64,000 nt of DNA from a virus, in IMG/VR virus record IMGVR_UViG_3300050500_000608. One strand, 5' to 3'. This document shows positions 10,916 to 21,371 of the stretch, one piece after another (within the stretch, counting starts at the first letter, position 1; every line of letters starts with the position of its first letter). Under the pieces are notes generated by a model. It was not told where the DNA came from. It saw only the letters and a program-made list of their open reading frames with translations, and searched no databases. Both the position numbers and the translations under genes were made by a program.

Positions 10916-11844
10916 AATCTATCATTATACCCCCAGCTACTGGAAGGCCAACCAGTTGCGCCTCTCCATCTCCACGCATTCCCATACATCATTCTTTCAT
11001 AAGGATTGAACCTGTTCTGATCCCTGCGAATACCGTATGCCTTACGATAGATGGTTTCTTTTTTAATTTCAGTATCTGCTATAATATAGGCTTCATCAGC
11101 CATTTGCTTATACATCTGATATTTGAGCTGCATCTGGTTGAAAGTCTCATCAGTGATTTGGTTGGATAACATTTCAAAGACTTTCTGCTTAATGAATGCC
11201 TCAATGAATTCCTGTATCCTGTAGTTGTCAGGTATCATTGGACATCCTGCCGCATCCACGTTCTGACCATAATATACCAGGTATATATCTCCGAGCCTGA
11301 AATTTGTCACGAATTTCCCATCCCTGATATCAAATACATCCGGGCAGTTTGCACCATAGTTCAGACAAGGAAGATCACAGTGTTCTCTTGCTGCGATGTT
11401 GCCTGGTCTGAGCAGATATTTAAGACTTACAGGGAAGGCTATATTAGTCGTTGTTTTAGCAACTACAGTTATAATATCCGGGTTGCATGGATCGCAGTTT
11501 ACAACCGGATTACATGCATCATAGGGTTTATTCAATACTGTTGTGATCTGCTGATAAAAAGCACCAGGCTTCCTCATCTCCAGTGGAAAGGAGGTGGCTG
11601 TTAACCAGGCTTCCCTCACCGCTATAAAATCAGGTGGCAACTTTGCCTCAAATGTGTCCATGAATAATAGAGTCTGCTGAATCGGTAAGGAAGATCTACC
11701 CAACTTCTGCAAGCACTTCTTAGTCCAAACTGGAAACATAAGATCATCTACAGCTCCTGTATCAAAATAGCTTTTCAGTTCTTCCTTTACGCGAGCATAA
11801 AGGTTATCAGGAGATTCAAATTTGTATTGATAGTAATAAGACAT
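10912..11844 (-). CDS. Tail ring / tubular structural protein
   Basis: 310 aa, immediately upstream of the muzzle gene with overlapping stop/start; Crassvirales synteny. Confidence 0.6.
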   Translation of the reverse strand: MSYYYQYKFESPDNLYARVKEELKSYFDTGAVDDLMFPVWTKKCLQKLGRSSLPIQQTLLFMDTFEAKLPPDFIAVREAWLTATSFPLEMRKPGAFYQQITTVLNKPYDACNPVVNCDPCNPDIITVVAKTTTNIAFPVSLKYLLRPGNIAAREHCDLPCLNYGANCPDVFDIRDGKFVTNFRLGDIYLVYYGQNVDAAGCPMIPDNYRIQEFIEAFIKQKVFEMLSNQITDETFNQMQLKYQMYKQMADEAYIIADTEIKKETIYRKAYGIRRDQNRFNPYERMMYGNAWRWRGATGWPSSSWGYNDRL

Positions 11845-12326
11845 TATCTACGTTTCCATTGTTTATAAATGTCGATGTACTTAGGATCATTTGCTACATT
11901 CCCTATTGCACGGGAAGTATCGCGAGCAGGCTTGAACACCCATATAGATGCCTGGGGTAGTTTTGATTCCTGCACAAACCAGTACCAGTGATATACATAC
12001 CCGTTAGTGTGTAGATTCAAATGATACACACGCTTTCCAAGTGCTTTAGATCGGGCCCAGTCTATAGGTAGCATCATTCTTTCTACCCCATCCCGGCACT
12101 TAACCATTCTACGTGCTTTCTTCTTGGATACAGCCAAAGGTCCTATTCCCCACGGAAGTTTAACCTTATCTCCTGTCGCAACCAGGTAATCTCTATAACC
12201 CAGATTGTAAGCTTTTAATACTGCCTTCCATTCTTTATAACCTATTGTCAGTTCTGGATGACGTGCACAGAACTTCTCATATACACTTTTCGACGAGCAC
12301 GAATAATCAACTCTTTGTCTTGGCAT
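11844..12326 (-). CDS. IHF/HU-like DNA-binding protein
   Basis: Basic 160 aa with GDKVKLPWGIGPLAVSKKK, resembling the HU/IHF beta-arm. IHF-like genes lie in the Crassvirales tail module. Confidence 0.6.
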   Translation of the reverse strand: MPRQRVDYSCSSKSVYEKFCARHPELTIGYKEWKAVLKAYNLGYRDYLVATGDKVKLPWGIGPLAVSKKKARRMVKCRDGVERMMLPIDWARSKALGKRVYHLNLHTNGYVYHWYWFVQESKLPQASIWVFKPARDTSRAIGNVANDPKYIDIYKQWKRR

Positions 12327-12329
12327 ATC

Positions 12330-13025
12330 TTATTGTTTGTTTACCTGGTCATCCTTGTTATCACTGGTGTGGTCTACCGGAATACGGAAATATGTTTTCA
12401 GAAGTGTATCGAGGGTATCCTTTACAACTGCCTCTTCCAAATAACCTGGGCATTTGAATTCATCGTCGAGCGGATTAATACATGGATTTCTCCTGGTAGC
12501 TATGCACTCACACTCAGGATAAAGCAATTCATCTGGTATATCTTCCTCGAAATATGCCCATATATTTACTATACGTACATAAGGAGATGAAACATACAGA
12601 TATCTGTCATATACCCAGTAATATGTATCCTTTTTTGGCAATCCTAACTTTAACAAGTTGATATAGCGCGATAAGGTAACCTCTTTCAATCTCTGAGAGG
12701 TGTCCACAGAGAATACACCATGGATAAGCAGGCCATATATCCCATCAGATATCTTGGGTAGTCTGAACCTACTCCTTGCTATTTTCTGATCTGACTCATA
12801 ATCACAACATTCGGCCATGGAAACTTCTTTCATCTCCACACATGGAATGTTGGTAAATATGGTAGATGTTTGCCAAAGCCTTCTGCGATCTGCTTGTTGC
12901 TTGATAAAAAGGATAGCTCGACTCTTCAATTCTGCCGCAATAACGCGATCTGTAATTGAATTGTCCGAATTCAATAGCTTGTCCAGTGATCTCACTCTTG
13001 ATACAACTTGTCTGACTGTTGACAT
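12330..13025 (-). CDS. Tail tubular / ring protein (P22 gp4-like)
   Basis: 231 aa; position and size match Crassvirales ring proteins. Confidence 0.6.
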   Translation of the reverse strand: MSTVRQVVSRVRSLDKLLNSDNSITDRVIAAELKSRAILFIKQQADRRRLWQTSTIFTNIPCVEMKEVSMAECCDYESDQKIARSRFRLPKISDGIYGLLIHGVFSVDTSQRLKEVTLSRYINLLKLGLPKKDTYYWVYDRYLYVSSPYVRIVNIWAYFEEDIPDELLYPECECIATRRNPCINPLDDEFKCPGYLEEAVVKDTLDTLLKTYFRIPVDHTSDNKDDQVNKQ

Positions 13026-13107
13026 ACGCTTTCGAAATTACGATAATGTTTCAAAAAAGCCTATCCAGTAATGGATAGGCCGACCCCTTAAACCAAGAAA
13101 CCGAGGT

Positions 13108-13350
13108 CTATATCGCCTGAGCCGGAAAAATTACCGGCTCAGAAAAAATCCCTCCTGAACAGCTTGGGCAAAGTGTCGTTAGTTCAACTTCATAGTTGCC
13201 CAGTGCCAGCCCATCAAATGTGAATGGCGAATCATTGTAAGTAGGAAAAGTAGTCAGATATGTAAATGCAGCTGATGAGTTTTGGATCCTGTATCCTACT
13301 CTCATAGAAGCGCCGAAGGGTAGGCTATAGTTTATTTGTATAGATGCCAT
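13108..13350 (-). CDS. Small FN3/Ig-like structural protein
   Basis: 80 aa beta-strand pattern (RVGYR...YEVELTT) similar to the N-terminus of the 471-aa neighbour. Confidence 0.5.
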   Translation of the reverse strand: MASIQINYSLPFGASMRVGYRIQNSSAAFTYLTTFPTYNDSPFTFDGLALGNYEVELTTLCPSCSGGIFSEPVIFPAQAI

Positions 13351-13359
13351 AGTTTGCTT

Positions 13360-14775
13360 TTATGGTGTGAATGTAATTTGCACAAAATCTGCACCTGTAA
13401 AAGTTTGCGGATCAAATGTCTCAGTTGCTCCAGCTACCACAATTGTATCTACCGGCGAGCCGTTAATCAGTAGTGTAAGTGTTGCACCAGCGCCTCCTGT
13501 GAGATCTACAGCAATAGACATACTCGTTTCATCTCCATGGGTACCCACCAGGTTCTGACCATTTGATAATGGGAAAGATCCTCCTGTTGGTACATAAAAA
13601 GCAGGAGTTACATCATCTATAGTAGATCCTGCAACTGAATTAGCTACCTGAAAGTTGAATGTTGTTGTGGTAGTCGTTGTAGTAGTACTTGTAGTACTTG
13701 TTGTTGTACTGGTCGTAGTAGTGGTTGTAGTTGTAGTAGTTGTAGTTGTACAAGGTATAGTCTCTGTAGTAAGAACCTGTCTGCAAAAAGCAGGTCCTTC
13801 ACATAGAACTAATGAATAGTCAGTAGGGCACTCATACCCTATACCACCTGATCCTACCTGTACATCTTCGCCGATATAATCCTTGGTAGAGAATATCAAC
13901 CCCGAGCCCATTGATGCATAGGAAGTGGCAGCTTGCAACTGCGCAGAAGTGAGATTGTATATCTCCGCTCCCATAGCAGCAACAGAGCTTACGTTATGTC
14001 CAATGATTTCTATCACATGATCTCCTGCAGCAAGCGAAACAGGGTAGATATGCCATAACTTAAAGGCAAGATCCACACCTATACCTGGAAAGCCATGTGT
14101 ATTGAAATAGGCTGCCATTGCTGTAGGATCCATCTCTACAACAGTATTGCCATCAATACGAATGATGGACAGATTATCTGCACCCGTTCCTACATAATAA
14201 GTAGCATTGGCAGGAACTGTTACACATACCGAAAAGCCTACGTCCTGGTTAGATACTGTAGTAGTTGCCCATAACCCTGCTCGATTCAATGGTCCATCTA
14301 CCAGTGTACTACTACCATTAATCCAAAAGGAATTGCCAGTACTAATCTGTGTATAGGTACCAAATCCCTGTACATCATATCCTGGATCGTAGATCAGTGT
14401 TCCAAATTGCCCGTAATTTGTGTTATTCTGTTCTACAGTCGCCTCAGGAGAACTGGGTGGGGTTGCTGTAGTTTCGTTAATCTGAAAACAATATGTACCG
14501 TCCTCTGAGAGGGTGTACGATGGTGGGCAGCATTCGCCCCCTGCTGTGAATATTTGAAATGTTGTAGAGCGGGGACCGCATGCAATTCCATTAGTAGTAA
14601 GCCTTACATCATAGGTAACATTTTCCTCTATTTCCAGTACATAACTGTTGGTAATAGTAGGATTGTTCGGGCTTGTTGGAGTGATCCAATCAGGATCTCC
14701 CTGAACACGATATTCTACCAGCGTACTTAATGAGCCTGGCACAAAATTCCATGTTATCGTCGCGAATGCACTCAT
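13360..14775 (-). CDS. Fibre/decoration protein: FN3-like N-terminus, Cys-rich segments, poly-Thr linker
   Basis: 471 aa with a ~33-residue Thr/Ser tract before a C-terminal beta domain. Confidence 0.6.
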   Translation of the reverse strand: MSAFATITWNFVPGSLSTLVEYRVQGDPDWITPTSPNNPTITNSYVLEIEENVTYDVRLTTNGIACGPRSTTFQIFTAGGECCPPSYTLSEDGTYCFQINETTATPPSSPEATVEQNNTNYGQFGTLIYDPGYDVQGFGTYTQISTGNSFWINGSSTLVDGPLNRAGLWATTTVSNQDVGFSVCVTVPANATYYVGTGADNLSIIRIDGNTVVEMDPTAMAAYFNTHGFPGIGVDLAFKLWHIYPVSLAAGDHVIEIIGHNVSSVAAMGAEIYNLTSAQLQAATSYASMGSGLIFSTKDYIGEDVQVGSGGIGYECPTDYSLVLCEGPAFCRQVLTTETIPCTTTTTTTTTTTTTSTTTSTTSTTTTTTTTTFNFQVANSVAGSTIDDVTPAFYVPTGGSFPLSNGQNLVGTHGDETSMSIAVDLTGGAGATLTLLINGSPVDTIVVAGATETFDPQTFTGADFVQITFTP

Positions 14776-16188
14776 TTATGGGGTTGTAGTAGTAGTTGTG
14801 GTTGTTGAAGTAGTTGTAGTAGTGGTTCCACCTGGTGTATATATTACCTGTACATTACTCGGCGCATCACATGGAGAAGGACATCCTGCTACAGCGGAGC
14901 AAAATGCCTGATATAAACCTGTATCTGTCTGCAATGCATCAATCAATGATTGAAATAGTGTAACCGCATTTACTCCTACGTTGAGTACAACTACTTCATT
15001 GGTGGTATCTACTGATGGTATTACCTGAATACCATTGGTGACCCCACCTGCTGTGATCTTGGCTCCCAGATAATCCGGGCTGCCATCTGTTCCATCTACG
15101 GCTACTTTATGATCTCCTGTTCCTGATCCACCTGTGCTATTTATTATCACAGAGTCAGGGATAGTCAGGAAGTCAAATGTTATATTGGTTCCTGGGACAA
15201 CTTTATCCTGGAATACACCAGGAGACATATCTGATGCTGTTACAGCAAATAATCTGTCTGCATTCACCAATGGAGCAAGCTCAACATTCTTACCCAGACA
15301 CAGATTCCCGTTACTTACATTACTTATAGTAAAGTCTCCTGACCACTGGGTAGGCAATGCCTGAGCAATAGCTGTGACCCGGGTGAGTATATTCTGTAGT
15401 GTATCTTGCAGGTTCTGTGCGCCCGATGGTTGCGTTACACAACCCCAGGTGAGCGTAGTAGTATCCAGAGTACCAGTCTGACAAAGTCTTGTCTTGATTT
15501 TGTTGACAGTATCTACCAATGTGTCACTGGCCGTGAGCGGTGCAGGCAAACAACTTCCTATATTATTGAAAGTTGGGAGTACAGCTCCTGCATCGACAGC
15601 TGTTTTCAGCAGGCATATCTGGTCAATGAGTATATTGAATCCTTCCTCTGGAGTATCCGGAGCAGGACTAACTACATAACAGCTGCTCCAGTCTGCTGCA
15701 GATACATCGAGCAGCGCATCTATAGCACCGAACTTAGTACAGTAAGCATTCAGCACTTGCTGTAGGGTCATTCCTGATGTTACACTTGCAGTAGCACACG
15801 TAATACCTGGCACTTCCAGGGCATCCAGCCTTCCATCAATAGTAGTCTGGTAAGCAGGGAAGGTAGTATCTACGAATGTATCGAACTCATCTCTGAGATC
15901 GCACACAAAGGCGGAGATGGATTCAACAAATTCCTGCTGTGTGGAGATAGGCGCAAGACAGAATGTATTATACTGCGAGTAATCTCCTGTTGATGCACAC
16001 AGTAATGGATCTATCTTCTGCAAGATTGTCTGTAGGTCATCATTAGTCTCAATACCTGAGCATTCAAGGGCAGGTCCTGTATATATTACACAGGCTGCAT
16101 CAAGTGCGCAGGGAGTAGTGCTGGTGCAGTTAGCTGGAACAAATCCAGTTACTGTAGCAGTTGTTTGTATGCAATTTGTACAGGCCAT
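14776..16188 (-). CDS. Cys-rich fibre/structural protein with Thr-rich C-terminus
   Basis: 470 aa with repeated C-x-L-like heptads; CVIYTGPALEC N-terminus shared with the neighbouring gene (CVQYTGPDIPE). Confidence 0.6.
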   Translation of the reverse strand: MACTNCIQTTATVTGFVPANCTSTTPCALDAACVIYTGPALECSGIETNDDLQTILQKIDPLLCASTGDYSQYNTFCLAPISTQQEFVESISAFVCDLRDEFDTFVDTTFPAYQTTIDGRLDALEVPGITCATASVTSGMTLQQVLNAYCTKFGAIDALLDVSAADWSSCYVVSPAPDTPEEGFNILIDQICLLKTAVDAGAVLPTFNNIGSCLPAPLTASDTLVDTVNKIKTRLCQTGTLDTTTLTWGCVTQPSGAQNLQDTLQNILTRVTAIAQALPTQWSGDFTISNVSNGNLCLGKNVELAPLVNADRLFAVTASDMSPGVFQDKVVPGTNITFDFLTIPDSVIINSTGGSGTGDHKVAVDGTDGSPDYLGAKITAGGVTNGIQVIPSVDTTNEVVVLNVGVNAVTLFQSLIDALQTDTGLYQAFCSAVAGCPSPCDAPSNVQVIYTPGGTTTTTTSTTTTTTTTP

Positions 16189-17264
16189 TATGGGATATAC
16201 ATTATATAGTTAGCGCCCATTGAAGGCTGAATATTGTTATGTGGCTGTCCTCCACCTGAGCTTCCCAGAGTTATACCAGTAGTTGCCGTTTGACAAGCTG
16301 TTGTATTGGTGAAGAAGAAGCCACTTTCATTTTGTCCTTTATCTCCACCTGCAAACCGGGTAGTATTGTTATTATCGTTATTGTCACCACCTGTCTGACC
16401 AAGGATGTTATGTTTGTGACCGGGATCTGTCACGCCATGGGTATGAGCAGGTGTTTCAGGTATGGTAAGTGTATGACCACCTTCACCAAACTTCATAGAT
16501 AGTTCCCAATTGGGGTTGAAGGTGCTTACTGCAGGATCTACTGCAGCATCCAGGCTTCCACCAGGGACACTTCTTATTGCACCGACAATTGTCCGACCTC
16601 TGAGATCAGGCGTTCCGTTCTGCCCATTGCATAGGTATATCTTTTGATATCCAAGGGCTGTTACACCTATCCCCCCCGAGTCAAAATTGCTGAGCGGACC
16701 AAAGTAAGCTTGTGCTACATAAGGTACCATCCTGCTATTAAACTGCGATGTGCCAGCATTATCATTTATAATTTGTATGACCAGATTAGTAAGATCACTC
16801 AGGCGCACGTACGTTGTTGGGATTTCATCCACCGTAGCACTTACTTCACAGAGAAGGGTAACGGCGGCTTGGAGAATATCATCCCTTGTTGGGTTACTGC
16901 CCAGTCCTGTAAGACATGCTGTATTAAATACGGGATTATCGGCAAGCTGCTCATCTATCCCATCAATTAACTCCTTAAGCGTACAACCCGTATTCCATAG
17001 AATCTGTAGTATATTCTGCAACGTTTTTGGCAGGACGCCTAACTGATCCTCCATGAAGCTGCAGCCAGATACAGTAAGTTCTTCTATGGTAATGCCTGTA
17101 CCATCAGAAAGAGAAAGCAGTCTCTCCACTATGGCAGCTTCAAGTTGAGACAAAGTATCTCCCTGGCAAATGCCCAGTTCCGGGATATCAGGACCCGTAT
17201 ACTGCACACATCTGTCTGACAGTATTGTTTCACAATTTTGAAGACAATCTCTACAAATTGCCAT
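16188..17264 (-). CDS. Tail fibre protein with collar-type C-terminal domain
   Basis: LCNGQNGTPDLRGRTIVG...HTLTIPETPAHTH...GGGQPHNNIQP is the tail-collar signature. Confidence 0.75.
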   Translation of the reverse strand: MAICRDCLQNCETILSDRCVQYTGPDIPELGICQGDTLSQLEAAIVERLLSLSDGTGITIEELTVSGCSFMEDQLGVLPKTLQNILQILWNTGCTLKELIDGIDEQLADNPVFNTACLTGLGSNPTRDDILQAAVTLLCEVSATVDEIPTTYVRLSDLTNLVIQIINDNAGTSQFNSRMVPYVAQAYFGPLSNFDSGGIGVTALGYQKIYLCNGQNGTPDLRGRTIVGAIRSVPGGSLDAAVDPAVSTFNPNWELSMKFGEGGHTLTIPETPAHTHGVTDPGHKHNILGQTGGDNNDNNNTTRFAGGDKGQNESGFFFTNTTACQTATTGITLGSSGGGQPHNNIQPSMGANYIMYIP

Positions 17265-17266
17265 AT

Positions 17267-18184
17267 CTAAGGTGTTGTTGTAGTTGTAGTTGTGGTACTT
17301 GTCGTCGTAGTAGTGGTAGTCGTTGTAGTTGTTGTCGTACAGACATTACCTGTATCTGTAACAATGATCACCACTGCCTGCGAGTTGTCCACCACTACAC
17401 CTGTGAACGTATATATTGATGCTCCGCTATAATTCTGACACTGAGCTACATCATCACTTCCAGTAATCTGTATATAACCAAACGGATCCCCGTCAACTGT
17501 TATAGTGAATTCACCAGGAATAAAGCTGGCAGGTATATCTGCTGTTTTGCTCTGACCTGCAAGCACAGGGTATGCACCTGTGGCAGGACCATTTTCATTT
17601 GGCGGGTACCTATCGTATTCCACAAGCAATACTGCAACTCCACCCACATTGGCATTATTGGTCACCGTTAGCTCCGGTGAAGCTGTAGTGGTTGTAGTGG
17701 TTGTAGTACTGGTGGTGGAAGAAGTACTTGTACTTGTCGTGCTACTTGTTGTGGTGGAAGTAGTCGTACTGGTGGTAGTACTTGTCGTTGTACTCGTAGT
17801 ACTGGTCGTCGTGGATGTAGTTGTAGATGTCGTAGTCGAAGTAGTCGATGTAGTTGTACTGGTGGTAGTTGTCGTCGTGGTATACGTCGGCAAAAATATC
17901 CCCCTTGCTACTTTCTGTACTCCGGCTGTCAGGGCATTTACCCTGGAAACTATCTGTGCGACTGTATAGTCGCAATAAAATCCTTGATTCCATCTGAGGT
18001 CTTCAAGTATCTTACGATAATAAATCAGTGCCCGTACTCTCCCAAAGGGCGTCGGTCGGGTGGTAAGATACGTTACATTTTGCCAACCATTCTTACCATA
18101 CTGGGCCAGTACTGCATCAACTGCACAGATGGCATCCTCTAAAGAGGAGCAATCTGAACAATCCTTTACCAGAAATCCGACCAT
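17267..18184 (-). CDS. Structural protein with two long Thr/Ser tracts
   Basis: 305 aa with a ~65-residue and a ~23-residue T/S tract flanking a beta domain. Confidence 0.6.
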   Translation of the reverse strand: MVGFLVKDCSDCSSLEDAICAVDAVLAQYGKNGWQNVTYLTTRPTPFGRVRALIYYRKILEDLRWNQGFYCDYTVAQIVSRVNALTAGVQKVARGIFLPTYTTTTTTTSTTTSTTSTTTSTTTSTTTSTTSTTTSTTTSTTTSTTTSSTTSTSTSSTTSTTTTTTTTASPELTVTNNANVGGVAVLLVEYDRYPPNENGPATGAYPVLAGQSKTADIPASFIPGEFTITVDGDPFGYIQITGSDDVAQCQNYSGASIYTFTGVVVDNSQAVVIIVTDTGNVCTTTTTTTTTTTTTSTTTTTTTTP

Positions 18185-18315
18185 CTCTTTATAAATTTAC
18201 TTGTCGTGTTCTTAAACTTTTCATAGCATGCTACACAATATCCATTGATCAGTTGGCAAGCTGCCATCCGAATATTACAGTCTGGATTCTTGCACTTTTT
18301 ACTGGCACATCCCAT
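18166..18315 (-). CDS. Small Cys-rich protein (49 aa)
   Basis: Hand translation MGCASKKCKNPDCNIRMAACQLINGYCVACYEKF. It fills the gap between two structural genes and is below the ORF-track cutoff. Confidence 0.5.
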   Translation of the reverse strand: MGCASKKCKNPDCNIRMAACQLINGYCVACYEKFKNTTSKFIKRWSDFW

Positions 18316-18326
18316 ACACTTGGTTT

Positions 18327-18899
18327 TTAGCACCACAGAGTCGGCGCAACACCCCTACACCTATCTCTGAGGAAGTTGTCAATCATAGTATTGGCAAGCT
18401 TGTATAGATTCATAGCCAATAGATTATTGCACTGGTTGGCTGCTGCTATAGCTGCCTGTATATAAAACCATACCTCATCAAGCACTTTCATCTGTTCTGT
18501 CTTTACATCCTGATTGCATTGCACCAGGTCAGTCTTCAGGAAAGCACGTCCAAATTTCTGTTCCAGTTTAGTGGTGCGGATAAATGTTCTTTCTATATTG
18601 AAAGTGATTGGTGGAGCAATAGTTTGTTTGACCGTCCATATTCCATCTGGCAGATCAATTAACTGGCTTACCTCACTCACGCAGGTGATGTTGAGCGTGT
18701 TACTATTGAATACCGTCATAGCACCTGCTGTATATGCCACTGTTGCCTTCATGAAACTGGGCGGCGTTATCTCCAATGTAGGGTTAGTTACTGCAAAATT
18801 TGACGGATAAAATGAAGTATCCGCAATCCCTAATGTTAGGGTGTTGTGGGTATCTACCACTACAAAGTCTAATATAGGTGATGTCTCTGGATAAGCCAT
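18327..18899 (-). CDS. Conserved structural protein (tail hub-like position)
   Basis: 190 aa, translationally coupled within the structural operon. Confidence 0.5.
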   Translation of the reverse strand: MAYPETSPILDFVVVDTHNTLTLGIADTSFYPSNFAVTNPTLEITPPSFMKATVAYTAGAMTVFNSNTLNITCVSEVSQLIDLPDGIWTVKQTIAPPITFNIERTFIRTTKLEQKFGRAFLKTDLVQCNQDVKTEQMKVLDEVWFYIQAAIAAANQCNNLLAMNLYKLANTMIDNFLRDRCRGVAPTLWC

Positions 18900-19429
18900 T
18901 ACTGCTCGTTTGTTGATATTTGACCATCAGCCGAGATCCATATAGGCCGTATATTCGCTGGCTGAGCAATTTTCCATATAGGTCTGCGTACAGCTATTGC
19001 CCTATTCTTCATAATGCGAGTGATAGTCACTGCATCAGATTGGTTACCACCTATTACATGATAGGTCGTTGCATCTTCAGCAACATATAATGCTACATGA
19101 CCACCTTTCTCTCTTTTAAATACTACCACATCTCCGAGAGATGGTAAGGGGGATGGGTTACCAAATTTCTTCCAGCTAAGAGCCCATAATGGGTCAGTAG
19201 GAATCTCTTTGTCAGCCCATTTAGCTACAATAGCCATAAAAAGTCCACACCAAGGAACACTATCCGCCGAATAGATCTTCTGCAGACCCAGTTCCCTGGC
19301 CCAAGATAGGATCTCTTCGTTGTCGGCATTACCAGGTTGCTCCTTGGTGCCATATAGCGCGAGAGCTACATCCAGCATCTTAGGACCCGGTTCATCCATC
19401 AACCATTGATATTTCTGCGGTAGTATCAT
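18899..19429 (-). CDS. TIGR02594-family NlpC/P60 peptidoglycan peptidase
   Basis: VPWCGLF catalytic Cys, GDVVVF...GGHVALY His, and GGNQSDAV motif. Confidence 0.85.
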   Translation of the reverse strand: MILPQKYQWLMDEPGPKMLDVALALYGTKEQPGNADNEEILSWARELGLQKIYSADSVPWCGLFMAIVAKWADKEIPTDPLWALSWKKFGNPSPLPSLGDVVVFKREKGGHVALYVAEDATTYHVIGGNQSDAVTITRIMKNRAIAVRRPIWKIAQPANIRPIWISADGQISTNEQ

Positions 19430-19440
19430 AGTCTTTTAGT

Positions 19441-19476
19441 AAAAAAGGCCAGGAGCGGAAACTCCTCCCCTGGCCT
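19441..19476 (-). terminator. Intrinsic terminator after the capsid-associated genes
   Basis: AGGCCAGG/CCTGGCCT stem with an A-run on the plus strand (U-tract on the minus strand). Confidence 0.65.
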
Positions 19477-19504
19477 GAAACGGCATTATGATGAAAAACC
19501 CCTC

Positions 19505-20626
19505 TTACGGTATCAATGTAGTTGTACTGGTTGTCGAAGTAGATGTAGTCGATGTAGTGGTAGTAGTTGTTGGATTAGTACCACTGAAATCTTCAACGTC
19601 TCCCAGATACACTTCCAGTAAGGTCTCAAAGTCTGTACCTGTACCTGTAGGGAATGCCAGGATGATTGTTTGATCCTGAGGCACGCCCGGATTCCAGGTG
19701 TCCAGATACTCATCGTACGGATAGTACTTGATGTAGTATGTATCATAGTAGGTACCGGCTGTCACATAGCTTTGGAAAGCCTGGTTCCAGCTTTGGTACT
19801 TATAAAGCGATTTGAAATGACTTGTCTGGTAGCTGTAGAAATCCTTTTCCATCTGCGCGATTTCTGCCGAAGATCCAGTACCAAAGTCTGATCGCTGAAC
19901 TACAGTAGAAGTAGCAATGATATCACATGCATCATTCACAATGAAGTCCTGTGTAGTTACCGGACCATTGATCACGAAAGCACGGAACCACAGCCTGTCA
20001 TACTCCCAGGGGTAAGCTTCCAGATCGCAAGGATTGCCATATACTGTCAGCGGCTTCTCAGTAATGTACATGACAGAGTTGTCACCTGTACCAAACCTGG
20101 AGAAGGTCAGGAACTGGGAGAGCATAGGATCTGCATTACCCTTAGCAGCAGCCTCATCTACGAAATTCTGTAATGCTGTACCTGATACGTCCGTACAAGG
20201 ATTTGCGCCACATTCGCAACAAGGAGTATCTATCACAAATGAACGGGTAAGACCATTGAAGAACCCAGTATCAATGTAGCTCGAATGTAGAACAAACGAG
20301 AAGGTTACCTGCTGGCTACACTGCAGATTCCAACCACTTATAGACTGGATCTGAGTTGGTATGTTTGAAACAGCTGTGATTTTATACCACTCAATCACCT
20401 TGTTTGCAGCGATCTTGTCCGAAGTCTTGCTGCCCAGACCGGGAATAGTTTCAATTCTTCCCTCACGGATGTAGATGTACTTCGCAGCGGCAATATTACC
20501 TGCATTTGCTATAGTATAGTCAGGCAGGAATACTCCGATTTGTCCACCAGTAAGGTTCTGCGTAGAACCGCTGGATGCCAAGGTACCCGAAGTAGCAACA
20601 AAGAGTGACGTTAAAGAGTAATCCAT
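19505..20626 (-). CDS. Conserved Crassvirales structural protein (auxiliary capsid-like; third gene after MCP)
   Basis: 373 aa, beta-rich, Thr-rich tail; synteny. Confidence 0.6.
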   Translation of the reverse strand: MDYSLTSLFVATSGTLASSGSTQNLTGGQIGVFLPDYTIANAGNIAAAKYIYIREGRIETIPGLGSKTSDKIAANKVIEWYKITAVSNIPTQIQSISGWNLQCSQQVTFSFVLHSSYIDTGFFNGLTRSFVIDTPCCECGANPCTDVSGTALQNFVDEAAAKGNADPMLSQFLTFSRFGTGDNSVMYITEKPLTVYGNPCDLEAYPWEYDRLWFRAFVINGPVTTQDFIVNDACDIIATSTVVQRSDFGTGSSAEIAQMEKDFYSYQTSHFKSLYKYQSWNQAFQSYVTAGTYYDTYYIKYYPYDEYLDTWNPGVPQDQTIILAFPTGTGTDFETLLEVYLGDVEDFSGTNPTTTTTTSTTSTSTTSTTTLIP

Positions 20627-20642
20627 TTTCTATGATTTATTG

Positions 20643-21371
20643 TTATTCAGATGTCTTTATTCGTTGTTGGGTGAACTGCACTGCTGGTACATTCTCTGTA
20701 TCCATTGCCAGTTCCTCAATAGTAAAATTGAGGAGTTCATCTTCCAGATATTCGTTCAGTTCACAATCAGCATGAGCAGAAGCAGTACCATCGAAATTCA
20801 CATATCCTGGATAATCTATCTTCTGCGGATACCTAATGTATGAAACATATATGGTGTTGGGAGTAAAGGTTCCGTCAGTATAGATACCCAGTCTCATCCC
20901 TGAGATGGTGCAGAAGGTTTCCTCGTACTCGAACGAAGGTTTGTAATTGGAGTTGTTAAGAAGTGTTACAACATCAGCATGCTTTGCCAGATCGTTGTTT
21001 ACATAGATGAGACGATTCTTACAATCGCCCTTATCTGCCACAACATAGCTGTCTACATAAAACATGTACTGAGGATCAAGATCTTCCAGATTACAGGTCC
21101 ACATATGGAGCTTGTTATCATCCTCTATGAGAGGAAGGGGGTGTGCTCCAGGAACCTCTATCAGGATCTCGACATCCTCGTAACGTTTCTTAAAACTATC
21201 CAGTCCTAACCCCAATGTGTTGTTTGGACTGATCTTCGTTTTTACCAACTTTAGTTGGGCCTCGTTAAGGGCCAATATCTTATTCTCAAGCGGTATGATC
21301 TGATGATCGAGAGCCGCTACTTTATTGAGTTTTTGATCAATCTTGTACAGCAGGCTCTCTACAACTATCAT
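20643..21371 (-). CDS. Conserved Crassvirales structural protein (ring-like; second gene after MCP)
   Basis: 242 aa with YIRYP motif; synteny. Confidence 0.6.
   Translation of the reverse strand: MIVVESLLYKIDQKLNKVAALDHQIIPLENKILALNEAQLKLVKTKISPNNTLGLGLDSFKKRYEDVEILIEVPGAHPLPLIEDDNKLHMWTCNLEDLDPQYMFYVDSYVVADKGDCKNRLIYVNNDLAKHADVVTLLNNSNYKPSFEYEETFCTISGMRLGIYTDGTFTPNTIYVSYIRYPQKIDYPGYVNFDGTASAHADCELNEYLEDELLNFTIEELAMDTENVPAVQFTQQRIKTSE

Noticed and set aside
13660-19570. CRISPR array or microsatellite in GTAGTTGTAGT-like repeats
   Set aside because: These are Thr/Ser codon runs within ORFs, with no repeat-spacer structure.
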